From a phage: a stretch of DNA of 64,000 nt. How positions within the stretch are numbered: the stretch's first letter is position 1; each line of letters starts with the position of its first letter. Positions 8,610 to 20,200 of the stretch are shown here, in pieces. Below the pieces are notes generated by a model that searched no databases, was not told the DNA's origin, and saw only the letters and a list, made by a program, of their open reading frames with translations. Both the position numbers and the translations under genes were made by a program. The stretch is from NCBI GenBank assembly GCA_033286805.1, contig GCA_033286805.1_4727.1; one strand, 5' to 3'.

Positions 8610-11600
8610 ATCATCTCTGTCGGCAGCAGGTACTGCAAGTGCCGATGTACTCATTATTGACGAGCTACCATCCGTTTTCTCGTCGTAGGGTTTCGTTTCA
8701 CCGTATACAGACACAATGTTTGCGTTAGGTGCGAGGTAAGCAGAAATACCTACGTCCCCACTATCCTTCGTACCTTCGGATACAACACCAATGTCCGACT
8801 TGTCGTATTCACGATCGCGTGCGCGTCGAAGCGATGTCTTTGAACGACCCCCGATACCGGTCATCGTTGCTTCTTCACCCTGCTTGATATCCAACATCGG
8901 GTTGGTTTCATCGATCACGATGGAAGCGCTGTCGTCGAGAATTTGGTTCCAGACGCTTACCGGACTGATTGAGATTTTCTGGCGATTTCCTTGACTGCTG
9001 TTCTCATTCTGACGAATAGCGCCAACCAGATCCTTATACACCAATTCAGCGAACTTATCGTACGTTTTAAAACGTTGGTAGTTCACATCGTTGGTGTTAG
9101 GTGCCCAGTCATCCAGAAGCAGTTCAACAGCACGCAGTAACAACATGGCGAAATCGGTAGGTTCTCCCATGTTCTGTAGCAACGTACGGCTTACCGGATC
9201 AACGAAAAGACGCTCCATGAGTTCAAGTTCGCGTAAATGACGAACCTTAAGTCCAGCACCATCGACAACGTTAAAATAGATATCTCGATTGTCAAAAGCG
9301 CCGCGAGCGTAACCAATGTAGTTACGGTACTCGTTAAACCCACCCAGCAACAACGTCGTCATGCGATCGTCTTTACTGAAAATCAAACTTTCGTCGTCAA
9401 AGCTCACCGCGAATTCATCGGGTGCTAAACCCATACGAGAACCGCGAGGTACCGTACGATAGTTTGCTTTAAGATGTTCTAATAACGGGGTAAGTCCACC
9501 CAGATAACTTAGAACAACACCGACCGGAATACGTACACCCATGAATTCAAGATCGGCAGCTTCGATCGGCATCTTAGCCGCATTGATACCGAAGAAATCG
9601 GGGAACGTCCCTACAGGTGTTGGTGTTTGTCCTGACTGACAGATATAGAGCTGATTGCGTTTATCGATTGCTAAGAATTCACCCAGCGTGTTACGCGCAA
9701 ACGTCAGGAGCCCTTCGGCTAACTGTTCGTTGAACCGATCTTCCCCGATGAACTCCGGCAATGTTTTTATATCGAGACGTATATCCCAATCAGCAAATTG
9801 GATTTGGGTATAGTTGCGTGCAAGCACAGCGAAGTAATACGGGACTTTGACGGCCGGATCAAAGACGTTACCACGTTTTAACGTGGTTAAGGGTGAGGAC
9901 TTATCGTAATACATCGCCGTAAGTTGACGTGTTAGCCAACGACCGGCGTTATTAACGACGCGCTCTGAACGTTTAACAAACACCTTACCGTAGGCGGTAC
10001 TCAACGCAACTTCGGATGACGACACCTTTCTGATAGGTTTATCGACGCGTTGTTTACGCATCCGGTACTTGATGCCGTTAACGACATAAATGCCATCCTT
10101 ACGAACCTTCGGCAACATCACCGGGAACGTGGTTGGGACACCGCCTACAGGAGCCAGTTTAATCGTGATGACTTGATAATCCCCCATCACGTCAACAACG
10201 TCTTCGACTTTATAACCCGTAACAGGGTAACCTGCTTGCTGCACCGCAACAACGGCAGCTGCGATGTCCTTTTGCATCACGTGTTCAACGTAATGTTTAT
10301 CCCACACCGCAAGCGTCGATTTACATAGGCTCTTATCGACGATAACATCCGCTTCCGGCATAACCTTTGCTGGCGCTAATTTCGCGGCTTTTGGTTTAAC
10401 TTCAACATACTCAGCAAGTGTTAATCCAGAACCGTCGGGTGCTTCGATTTCGTGGATAGCGTCAGCATTACGCATCGCTGCTTTATATTGAACGCCGCTT
10501 AACTGACCCGCATCCGCCAGATCGCTCGCGCGCACCAACACCGCATCTGATAACGACTGAATATATTCACCGTGCGTTTTTGGTAACGTTGCCGCGTCAA
10601 AGACATCAACCTTTTCTTCTTCGGTATTGTCGGTAACGACTTCGAAGAGATCGTCAGTAATGTCCTGATCTTCATCGGGTTGGAAATCTGGTTGTACTTC
10701 TACCCCGGGTACTTCACGGACATCTTCGAACGAGCGTTCTACAATGGCGTTCCACGCATCAGCGTCATCGTCTTCATCCGACCCACCAACCAACTCCGCT
10801 TCTAACTCATCGGGATCAAGAACAGTGGCCAGATCCTCACCGTTAGGAAGCACGACGTCGCGATCATCGTACTCCGCATCCGGGCTGTCCGCAAGAATAT
10901 CTCGCTCTTGACGAAGAACCTGTTCCTCTTCTTGTTTCTGTTCTTCTTCATTCGCGCTCTGCGACCACAGACGTGTTACCGCCATCATCCAACGACGCTG
11001 GAAGGTTTCAAGTGTCGTTTTATCGAGTTCTTCCCCTTCCTTAACAAGCCCGGTACGCCATTCCTCCAGTAGACCAAGATTCAACGTAAAGAAGTACACA
11101 CCGTCTGTAAATACAACGTTAAGCTTATCCAGTGTGGCTCTGTCTAACGAAGCCATCGTGCTGTTCTCACGATCGGTTCCCAACCAGCGGAAGAAGTCAA
11201 AGAACGATAGCTCCTCCGGCGTGGCGAAATTCATGAGGTTGTTACGGGTCGGTGCCTGTTGCGTGGTACGCATCAACGAAATCTTCGGCAATGTTGACGG
11301 TATACGGAACAACAGAAAGTGTTGACGATCGCTTTGCTGTGCGATTTCGTTGGCTTTCGACCAAATTGTTTTACGCACGTTGAACCATTCATCATACCAA
11401 CGGGTGAGCGTTGGACGATAAATGTACATGTGGTTAAGATGCGCGTAGTTAGCAACGATCTGAGCGTTGATGTTTTTCTCCACCGCGCTCAGATCGGTAA
11501 CCAAACGAAAACGACGATGTGACGCACGATAATCCAATTTCGCTCGTGGGAGTTGGAATCGTTGATCACGTCGAGGTGCGCCCTGTTTGGTTGCGAGATC

Positions 11601-11816
11601 ATCAGCAAACGAAATCCATAGTTGAGCACTTTCTTTACTCAGCATGTATTCGTTTTCTGGAGGACCTATCAATGAAGGATCCGTTGCGGTGTAATGATAG
11701 ACAGCATAACGCGGCAGCTGCAATAGCTGCACTAAACGTAATCTTGGTGATAGTAGCTCTTGGTAGCGTCTGACACCAAACTGTCGGTAGTAATCAAGGT
11801 ATTTAAGTTTTGCCAT
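8607..11816 (-). CDS. Multisubunit RNA polymerase beta-like subunit, N-terminal portion (1069 aa)
   Basis: C-terminal TGIGGRSKTSLRRARDREYD...GVVSEGTKDSGDVGISAYLA matches the bacterial beta GPGGLTRERAGFEVRDVH...[20 protein letters not shown] region; GGAG RBS before the ATG. Confidence 0.65.
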   Translation of the reverse strand: MAKLKYLDYYRQFGVRRYQELLSPRLRLVQLLQLPRYAVYHYTATDPSLIGPPENEYMLSKESAQLWISFADDLATKQGAPRRDQRFQLPRAKLDYRASHRRFRLVTDLSAVEKNINAQIVANYAHLNHMYIYRPTLTRWYDEWFNVRKTIWSKANEIAQQSDRQHFLLFRIPSTLPKISLMRTTQQAPTRNNLMNFATPEELSFFDFFRWLGTDRENSTMASLDRATLDKLNVVFTDGVYFFTLNLGLLEEWRTGLVKEGEELDKTTLETFQRRWMMAVTRLWSQSANEEEQKQEEEQVLRQERDILADSPDAEYDDRDVVLPNGEDLATVLDPDELEAELVGGSDEDDDADAWNAIVERSFEDVREVPGVEVQPDFQPDEDQDITDDLFEVVTDNTEEEKVDVFDAATLPKTHGEYIQSLSDAVLVRASDLADAGQLSGVQYKAAMRNADAIHEIEAPDGSGLTLAEYVEVKPKAAKLAPAKVMPEADVIVDKSLCKSTLAVWDKHYVEHVMQKDIAAAVVAVQQAGYPVTGYKVEDVVDVMGDYQVITIKLAPVGGVPTTFPVMLPKVRKDGIYVVNGIKYRMRKQRVDKPIRKVSSSEVALSTAYGKVFVKRSERVVNNAGRWLTRQLTAMYYDKSSPLTTLKRGNVFDPAVKVPYYFAVLARNYTQIQFADWDIRLDIKTLPEFIGEDRFNEQLAEGLLTFARNTLGEFLAIDKRNQLYICQSGQTPTPVGTFPDFFGINAAKMPIEAADLEFMGVRIPVGVVLSYLGGLTPLLEHLKANYRTVPRGSRMGLAPDEFAVSFDDESLIFSKDDRMTTLLLGGFNEYRNYIGYARGAFDNRDIYFNVVDGAGLKVRHLRELELMERLFVDPVSRTLLQNMGEPTDFAMLLLRAVELLLDDWAPNTNDVNYQRFKTYDKFAELVYKDLVGAIRQNENSSQGNRQKISISPVSVWNQILDDSASIVIDETNPMLDIKQGEEATMTGIGGRSKTSLRRARDREYDKSDIGVVSEGTKDSGDVGISAYLAPNANIVSVYGETKPYDEKTDGSSSIMSTSALAVPAADRDD

Positions 11817-12494
11817 GGGTTAGGCTCCACGAGGTCCCGTTAAGTTGCGTAATAGGAACGCAACCGTATCGTAACCAATATCGATGTTGAATTTATTTTT
11901 ACCACTTACCCAGAAAGCTCGCTTCTTGTGCGAGTTGGTAATTTCGTCAATAGCTTCCATGGAATAAAGAACGTTAACCGAGACCGTATCACCGTCGAAC
12001 CTTGTCTTCGCCTCAGTTCGCTACGCTGAGACCGCCTGCATGGATACGTACATCACAGGCTGCTTGCACTTTCATGCAAGAGGAGACTATATCAAACCGG
12101 CAGCACAACCTGCTACGGTAACCTACACTTCGAAGACGCTTGTCCTCTACAGGGTGGTAAATCCCTTAGTCGTTGAACCTGCGTTGTTTCACATTCTTGC
12201 AAACAAGAATGCCGTATTACTACGCAACAACCAGGCTGCTGATCGCCCATTGTTTCGCACCTTAGCACCGCTTACGCGGCTTTTCTTTCAGCCTAAGCCT
12301 CTTACGGAGGTAGTGCATCTCAACTGTTGTTTCTGCCTTTCGGCACCTCATGGGTCGTTGAGCTTTAGGGGTTCCCAGCAATTCGTAGGTTTTTCAAGCA
12401 CTCTCTTTCGAGAATACCGGACCAATTCAGTTAGTAAACAACATTATTACCATCCCCCATTCTCAAGGGTTAATTTTTTAAAATGATAGAATTA
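11814..12494 (-). ncRNA. Group I intron (ORF-less, about 680 nt), approximate boundaries
   Basis: Minus-strand P-like AAUUGCUGGGAACC (about 12370-12386), Q AUCAGCAGCC (about 12231-12250), R GGUUCAACGACUAAGGG (12160-12180, identical 21-mer to the other intron), S GAUAUAGUCUC (12085-12094). Confidence 0.7.
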
Positions 12495-13985
12495 ATGTGT
12501 TTTTGGGCTAACTCGAAGATCACCGCCTAAACCGGCGAGGTATGGCGCAGGGACAATAGTAGTTTCTACGAACGAAGCATTAGGTAACCAGTCGGGGTAT
12601 TCCCACGCAATAAATCGCTCGTCCGTTATTGGTTCCCAGTTGCTATCCAATTCGGTTTTCGGTTTTGCAGCGACGGTTGTACGCGCGTAACAGGTTAACG
12701 GAATGACGGATTGCATACCCGATACCGGATAACGTGTTACCATCGCTGCCAGGTTATTCCAGTACTTATATCCGGCAATATAGATAAGCTCGGTGTACGT
12801 GATGGGGTGAACATCCGCGCCGGGTTTATTCAACATCTCTGGGGGTAATTCACTCATACCACGGAACAGTCGAAACGAATCATTGTTCACATAGACAAGA
12901 CAAAGATATCGTCCATTAACCATGATAGGTTCGTTACGCACACCAGGATCGCTTAAGGTGTTCAGTAAACGTTCTATTCCGTCCCATGTTGTAAAGTCAT
13001 CGATGGTGTCTGGATCAAGAGTGACACGTTCACGTTCCATCGTTTCGGTATCGATAAGTTCAACTTCTGTAACATCACGGACAAATATTTCCTGCAAAAT
13101 CCCCGTACGTAACGCGTGTTGTGTTACAGGGAGAGCAGCTTTACTCATCTGGTATAACCCTAACTGAACTGCGGTACAGGAAGGCTGGTTAGGCGACCCT
13201 AGTACCTCCGTTGTGGGGTTAATTGCCGAAATAACGTTACGGGTTGAGTTCCAAACACGACGTGAGCCGAACTTCCCTTGGAAGATCCCTTTCTTACCTT
13301 GGAACATATCCAACAGTAAAGCGTAGATATCGTTGAATGTTCTCTGTAAGCTCCAGCGCTGGCCGTCGTAAACGGGATCGGAATAATCTTTTAATCCATC
13401 AGGGACGGTGTTAGAAATTGCAAGGAAACGACGATACAACTCCGTGATTTCTTGCTCGCTTTCATACCCACCTTCTTTTACTTCTATTTCACGTAAGCCC
13501 GCAGGCAATACCAGTAAGTGACGAGTCATCGCTTTGAACATGTTCTCTTCGACGACTTTAATTCGTAGCTCTCGTTGAGCTGAACCCGTTGAAACGAACT
13601 TGATATCCGCGACGTGTTGTGCAAAGAACCCATATCCTGTTTGTCCTGTTAGCGCATCGGACGCAACGAAGTCGCGTTGTTCAGGATCCCACCGAGCGTA
13701 CGCCTTCCCCGACATGATATCACCATAGAGGTGTTTTAGTCGAATGAGGCGGTCGTAAATGACAGGATGCAGGATTTCAACCTTGCATTCAATCACCGCA
13801 AATCGACGGTCTCGATCTTCACTACCCGCACTACCAAAGATGGTGTAAGAATAGAAACCGTCATCGTGGAAATTACCGGTGCTTGGGTCACGGATGCTCA
13901 TGCTCGTGATCTTGGGAAGAAAACGTAACTGCTGTTTATCGAGGTGTAAAATGCTAATGTTAAACGGCTCTCTGACTTTAGCCAT
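12492..13985 (-). CDS. Multisubunit RNA polymerase beta'-like subunit, N-terminal fragment
   Basis: DGFYSYTIFGS ~ beta' DGLFCARIFGP; FAVIECKVEILHPVIY ~ MGHIELASPTAHIWF; LLVLPAGLRE...ELYRRF ~ VLPPDLRP...LYRRV; GKKGIFQGKFGSRRVWNSTRNVIS ~ [23 protein letters not shown]. Start placed at the ATG at 13985 with AAGAGGAG RBS; ORF track extends to 14027. Confidence 0.7.
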   Translation of the reverse strand: MAKVREPFNISILHLDKQQLRFLPKITSMSIRDPSTGNFHDDGFYSYTIFGSAGSEDRDRRFAVIECKVEILHPVIYDRLIRLKHLYGDIMSGKAYARWDPEQRDFVASDALTGQTGYGFFAQHVADIKFVSTGSAQRELRIKVVEENMFKAMTRHLLVLPAGLREIEVKEGGYESEQEITELYRRFLAISNTVPDGLKDYSDPVYDGQRWSLQRTFNDIYALLLDMFQGKKGIFQGKFGSRRVWNSTRNVISAINPTTEVLGSPNQPSCTAVQLGLYQMSKAALPVTQHALRTGILQEIFVRDVTEVELIDTETMERERVTLDPDTIDDFTTWDGIERLLNTLSDPGVRNEPIMVNGRYLCLVYVNNDSFRLFRGMSELPPEMLNKPGADVHPITYTELIYIAGYKYWNNLAAMVTRYPVSGMQSVIPLTCYARTTVAAKPKTELDSNWEPITDERFIAWEYPDWLPNASFVETTIVPAPYLAGLGGDLRVSPKTH

Positions 13986-14230
13986 GGAGACACTCCTCTT
14001 TACCACCACCGGCTGCGGCGGTATCATCTGAACACACGAGAGACGTAATGGGTGATGGCGTCACCCATCGCTTCCTTGCTTGAGGCGAGGAAGTTATTAG
14101 GTTACGTACCTGCCTGATTTTATCAGGTGGGCGATGTGTGAAGTTACGCTTCAACATTATCAATGCCGAAGGTAAACTTCGTGCATCACGTTCCAACGTA
14201 ACATGGGAACGTATCGAACTGGAGGTATAC

Positions 14231-17200
14231 ATGGTAGATAAAACCCGTGTTGAGGGTGATGATAATTGGGACAACTGGGATGAAGACTTCTCCCTGGATC
14301 TCGATTTTAACGAACCCAAAGACGATCGTAAACCGATAACACGCTTTGCGATAGGAGCGGTTAAAGGTGCTGCTGAGGATCTTACTTCCTACGAAAGAAT
14401 GAAGGAGATCGCCAGAAACGCATTGCCTAAGGGCTACAGCGACGGTATGGATCTTATTGATTCCGCCGTCGGATCCACGAAGGAACTATACAATGAAGCC
14501 GTTCGTGACGTTCTTCCTAAGGTCCAAAGTTCAAAACGGTTAGCCGCACAACTGACCAAGAAATACCGTGCGAGCATGCCCGATTTCTCGAAGAAAATTC
14601 TTGAGCAATGGGAGCGAGAAGCCAAGGAAGAAGACGAACGTAAACAAGCTGAAGAAACCCTTCGTCAACGCATGGCGAGCGCGGGGGACGATGAGATCGC
14701 CCGCAAGGTTGCCGAGGTATTAGGCGAATCAGCAAACCAAAGCGCGGATCAGTTCGCTGAACAGCAAGCGAAAGAGAGTATCCGTGACGATATCGCTGAC
14801 AAACGGTACGCTGTAACCAACAAACAAATGAGTGCGATGCAAGAAGGCGTCGCCAAGATGGTTGGTTTCAACAACGAATTCGCTGCACGCTACATGCGTA
14901 AAAGCCTGGAACTGAAATATCGTTCCTTAGCGATTCAACGTGCAAGTTTTGATCAGCATAAAAAGTTAGCCGAAGTCTATATCGGTTTATTACAAAACAT
15001 CCAGAAGAATACGGCTTTACCTGATGCGGCTAAAGCAAAAATGTCGGAAGAATTCCGCCGTAGCGCGTACCAACGTTTCTTTGGTAATGCGTTAGATGCG
15101 ATGAGTTCTTTCGAGAACCGTTTCTTTGCCGATGTTAAGAAGAACCTCGCCACCAACGCATTAGGTGCTTTAAAAGGCGTCGTGTCCGGCGCAAACGATG
15201 CGTTATACGGTTTAAACGAAGCACGTGACTCGATGTCCATGATGGACGGGATGGGGTCAGAAGGCGATATTAAGGAAATGCAAGGAAAGATGTTGGGTCA
15301 GTTCATTGGCTCAACTGTCGCACCATGGATGGCTAATAAAGGCAGGATGGCGTTACGCGATTTAGCAAAACGTCACCCCAATGCTAAATTCGCTAGCGCG
15401 TTAAAAGCCGTGGATCAAGGTGGTGAGGCCGCCGCTTACACGACGCGTAATCTCGGTAAACTGCTCCAGGAAGATATTCGTAAGAACGAATTCAATCTTA
15501 GCGATCCTTTTTACAAGCAATTGTTACGCGGCGCAGGGCGTTGGGCGTTCAACATGGACAGCGGACGTAACTTCCGCGTGATGAACGACACCGCTGAAAC
15601 ACTGGCGGAGCAAACGTCTTTCGACGGTTTAACCTACCGCAGCATCAACGAGGTTATTCCAGGCTTTCTTGCACGCATTCTGAAAAGCAGTGAAGGCATC
15701 CGCACGGGAAACAGCGATCCTGACTACGAGGTCTATGACGGCATCAGCGGGCAATTCGTGTCTCAGCGCACGCGTGAACAAAGCGTCAATGACACGCTGT
15801 TTAACAAACGTACATTTGGTTATTACGCCAGCCGTTTCAATGAAGTCATCTCGGTCATCGATCCTGATAAGCAATTATCGGATAACGCAAGAAAAGGATT
15901 AGCAAAACAGCTAGCTCGTGACAGCGACGCAAACATTGCATTCGACCCGGCTCGTTTTACAGATGAAAGCAACTTCGATCGTAGTATCGACCGTGACGCT
16001 ATTAAGGAACTTTCTAATTACTTCCGTAACCGTTACGGTATCGACTACGTACCCGATGAAAAAGGACAACGCCATCAGGTCATTGGAAACCGCGGGCAAT
16101 ATTACACGGAACGTAACCGAGCGGATCTTCGCTACGGAAATCTGAAATCGTTACAACCGGATATCCAGCGTAACCTTAACCTACTGAAACGCACTGGTGA
16201 CGTCCAATATCTGGAACGTATTGGTATTGTAACGAGAAATAGCGACGGAAGTTACTCGGTTAATCACGATCGGTATTTCTCTGAAATCGATCGGTACATC
16301 GACCGACCGGAGTACGCTGACCGCGGCGATGTTAATACGCGATTAACCGCTCAGGAAACAAGAGCGCTGGCGCTGGGTTATCGTGACGCAAAACCGTCAG
16401 CTGGCGACGTCCAAAATGCGGGTCTGCCGAACATCGACCGTAAGGCTGCTGGAACAGTAACCATTGATGAAAACATCGGTTACGATAAATGGTGGAACGA
16501 CACAGGTGTTATCACCACATCGCTCGAAGAACAGAATCGAGCGTGGCAAGAACTTTATCTCGAAGCGTTGTCCGAAGCATCCGAACAACGTGTCGAAATG
16601 CTTGCGTTGCTGAAAGCCATTTCTGAGAAAGACTGGTCTAATAACGTTTCGCTGGATGGCGAAGATGTACCTGAAGGTACGGCACCCATTTCATTTATCG
16701 ATCGTGCCAAACAAAAACTCGGCACACGCAACCTCTTTAAAGGTGGTCGTAATCTCCTCTGGAAAGGAATTAAAAATACCGCACGTTTGGGTGTTAAAGG
16801 CGCGCGCTGGGGTGCAGAACGCACGTTGGGTAGTTTGGTAAATTCTGGCCGACGCATTATCAATTTCAACCGCTTCGTGTTCGGCGCATTATCCAAGGTC
16901 GATCAGGTTCCGTTTGACATTTACGTTAAAGGGGAATCCCAACCACGCATACTGGCTGCCAAACTTCGTCAGGGGTTATACTTCGACGAAGCGACAGGAA
17001 AAGCCGTAAAACGGATGAAGGATATCAAAGGCCCACTCGTTGATGCGGATGGAAACATCGTAATCAGCAACGAGGATATCGAGAAAGGGTTGGTCACTCG
17101 CGCTGGTCGTGCCTTTGATAATTCAGGACTTAAAGCATGGGCACGTGAAGGTCTTAATGGAATAACGACGGTATTAAGTCTCCCACGGATGTTAAAACGC

Positions 17201-20200
17201 GGTGCGGTCGAGATCTACAAGCAGCTTGACAAAACACCCGACGTTTACGTCAAGGGAGAATCAACGCCTCGTCTATTATCCATGGTGTTAGCGGCGGGTG
17301 GGTACTTCCGTCGCTCGGATGGACAAGTCATCAAAAATCTTGAAGACATCGATGGTGATGTTGTTGATGCACAAGGTAACGTCGTACTTACGCTTGCCGA
17401 CATGCAGAAAGGACTTGTCGATAAATACGGTAAGGCGATTCGTCGTTTAAAAGAAAAGCTCATCAACTTCGGTGTGAAAGCTTTCACGTTACCGTTAACC
17501 TTACTACGCAAGACAAAGGACATCCTTAAAGCCCTTCCAGGTAAAACCGTTAACGGTCTACGGCGGATGGGATTAAATTTCCAATCACCTGACGCATTAC
17601 TGGTGGGAACAACGTCGAGCATGGTAGATCGGCTCGATGCGATTTACCAGCTTCTTGACCAGCGTATGCCGGGTGGTGATAAGGATTACCGCGATTGGAA
17701 TGGCGATGGTGTTCGAGAAGGATCGTTGGAAGACCTGAAACGTAAGCGTGAAGCCAAGGAAAACGGTAAGGACGACACCGGCAAAGATTCCAATAAAGGG
17801 GAAGAAAAGGAGAAGAAACGAGGATTACTCGGAAGCCTTTTCGATATGCTCGGCGATACCGCATTAGGTAAACGACTCATGGCGAGTCCGCTTGGAAAAA
17901 TTCTAGGCGGTCTTGGGGCGGTGTTAAGCGGCGGAGCATCGTTAACCGGATTGTTGGGCAAGGGTCTCATTAGTGGAACCGGCGCGCTAGTCAAGGGAGG
18001 ACTAAGTGCGGCAGGATGGTTAGGACGTGGTGCGTTAATGGCGGGTGGGGCCGCGTTGAACGCCGTTGGTGGTTTATCGGGATTAGGCGCATTCCTTATA
18101 TCACCTGTTGGGCTTGCTATTGCAGGTGGTGCATTGGCTGCTTATGCTGGATGGAAGATCTATCAACATTTCGCCGAGAAGCCTGACCCGATGCAGAAGC
18201 TCCGTCTTATTGCATACGGTGCAAAAGGGGACGATAAAGACTTCAATAAGAAGCTGCTTGCGACAGAAACATACCTCACCGACCATGTGGTTATGACCGG
18301 GGATACCATCGGATTCGATCCGAAAGCGGATTCGGAAAAGATTCTCGAAATCTGGGAATTGTCTCTGGAAGATTCCGATCGAATGAACGAATGGAAACGC
18401 TGGTATCTGCATCGTTTTATTCCTGTTTTCGCTCGTGCGTACAAACTCTGGAAAGAGCATATGCCGGACGAGAAGAAATACATGGAAATGGATAAATATC
18501 CAAACGGTGAGAACAAAGTGAAATGGTCAGAAGCGTTCATCTGGCCTTCCGATAGTCCTGATGGTCCGTATTACGTCGAAGCTAACCCGTTGGGTTCTTC
18601 TGGTGCGACGCGTTATATTGCTGGTCAAGACGTCAAAACCTTGATGCTGAAACAACTCGAAGCCATCAAGAAAGAGTACCAGAATCAGATTAAGCAATAC
18701 ACTCATGATGAGGCTATTGCTGATTGGTCACGGATGTCTGACACACAACGTAAATCCGTTGCGCCTAACGCATTACGTGGTCAGAAAGCGTCGTTACGTT
18801 TTAACGATAAACGTTACAACAGCGCTGGCGCTAAAGGACGACAGAAACTGGATGCAACCGCGGTTATTGAAAGCGTAGACCGTCGCGGTAGGAAATGGGT
18901 TGCCGGTGGATACATCGATGAACTCACCAGTCTCCGTGTTCGTGCGTACGGTATTAAGGTTCCGTTGCTAAGTCAGATAAAAGTGCTGATGGAACTTGAA
19001 GACGCTGTAGAACCTGGTGTAGTCGCTGAAGGTAAAGGTGTTAAATACGGTGGCGATCTTGTTGCGCTCTACAAGAAATTCGCGACGAAGTTCGGAAGAG
19101 ACGTTAACAGCAAGCGGGATCAGGATATCTGGTTTGCTTGGATGAATAACCGTTTCCTGCCCGTCTTTTTAACCTATTACCAACAAGTTAGCGAAATGGG
19201 TGGTCAAGGTCTTCTGTCCGACGTGGTACAGAACCTGAAAGACAGCCAACGTTGGGAAATCGGTGAAGCACTTGTCGCAACGCAATACCGTGATGAGAAA
19301 GGTACACTGCAGCCCGTATGGTCCTGGAATAGTTGTGGTTTCTCCGGTACTGAAGCTAACACCACCAGCAGTTCAACAAAGAGCCAACTCGATCTGTTAA
19401 AAGAATATGCGGATAAAGAGAAGGTTCGTGAGAAGAACGCGGAAGCATCACAAGAGGATACCGATAAATTATCGAAGATCCAAGAGCTGATGATGAAGCA
19501 GGCTGGGTACGAGAAGAAAGACGGTGTCTGGCAGAAGAAATCTCGCATTACCGGCGGGATGAGTAACTCCGAAGCGAATTACAACCCCAATGGGAATAAG
19601 GTCGGTGAAAGCAGCTTTACGGCTTCAGCTACTTCCAGTGCGGGATTGGGGTCAACCGGCGATCTTACTGGATTGCCTAACATGGGCTTACAGAAACCTG
19701 CAACGGGACCAGGTCCTGAAGCTGGACGTCGTGCGCTTGTTAAATCCGCTGTAAAACGCGGTATTACCGATCCAATGGAAATGGCGATGTTCCTTGCGAA
19801 CATCGAACATGAATCGGGGAACTACACTCACGTACGTGAGGGGAACTATAAGACACCAGAGCGTCTTAAACAGGTCTTCCCTTACAAATTCCGTGATGTG
19901 CAGGATGCCGCACAGACGATCAGCATGGGGCCGGAAGCGGTATTCGAACGTGTGTATGGTAATCGTAAAGATCTCGGAAACACACAGAAAGGGGACGGGG
20001 CGAAGTATTTAGGACGTGGCTTCATTCAGGTTACTGGTAAAGCTAACTACGCTCGTCTGTCTAAGACCTTGAATAAGGATCTTGTCAGCGATCCGACATA
20101 CCTGGAAACGCCGGAAGGTGCAGCGGAAGGTAGTGTTGCATGGTGGCTCAACCGAGGTAACGTATTACGCGATCCCGCAAAACGGGGTGACGTACGCCAA

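Noticed and set aside
12040-12486. 148-aa plus-strand ORF inside the first intron region (and 100-aa ORF 8108..8410 in the second)
   Set aside because: They lie antisense to the intron core elements, have no RBS and show no endonuclease motifs (no LAGLIDADG, GIY-YIG or HNH), so they are most likely chance ORFs in structured RNA-coding DNA.
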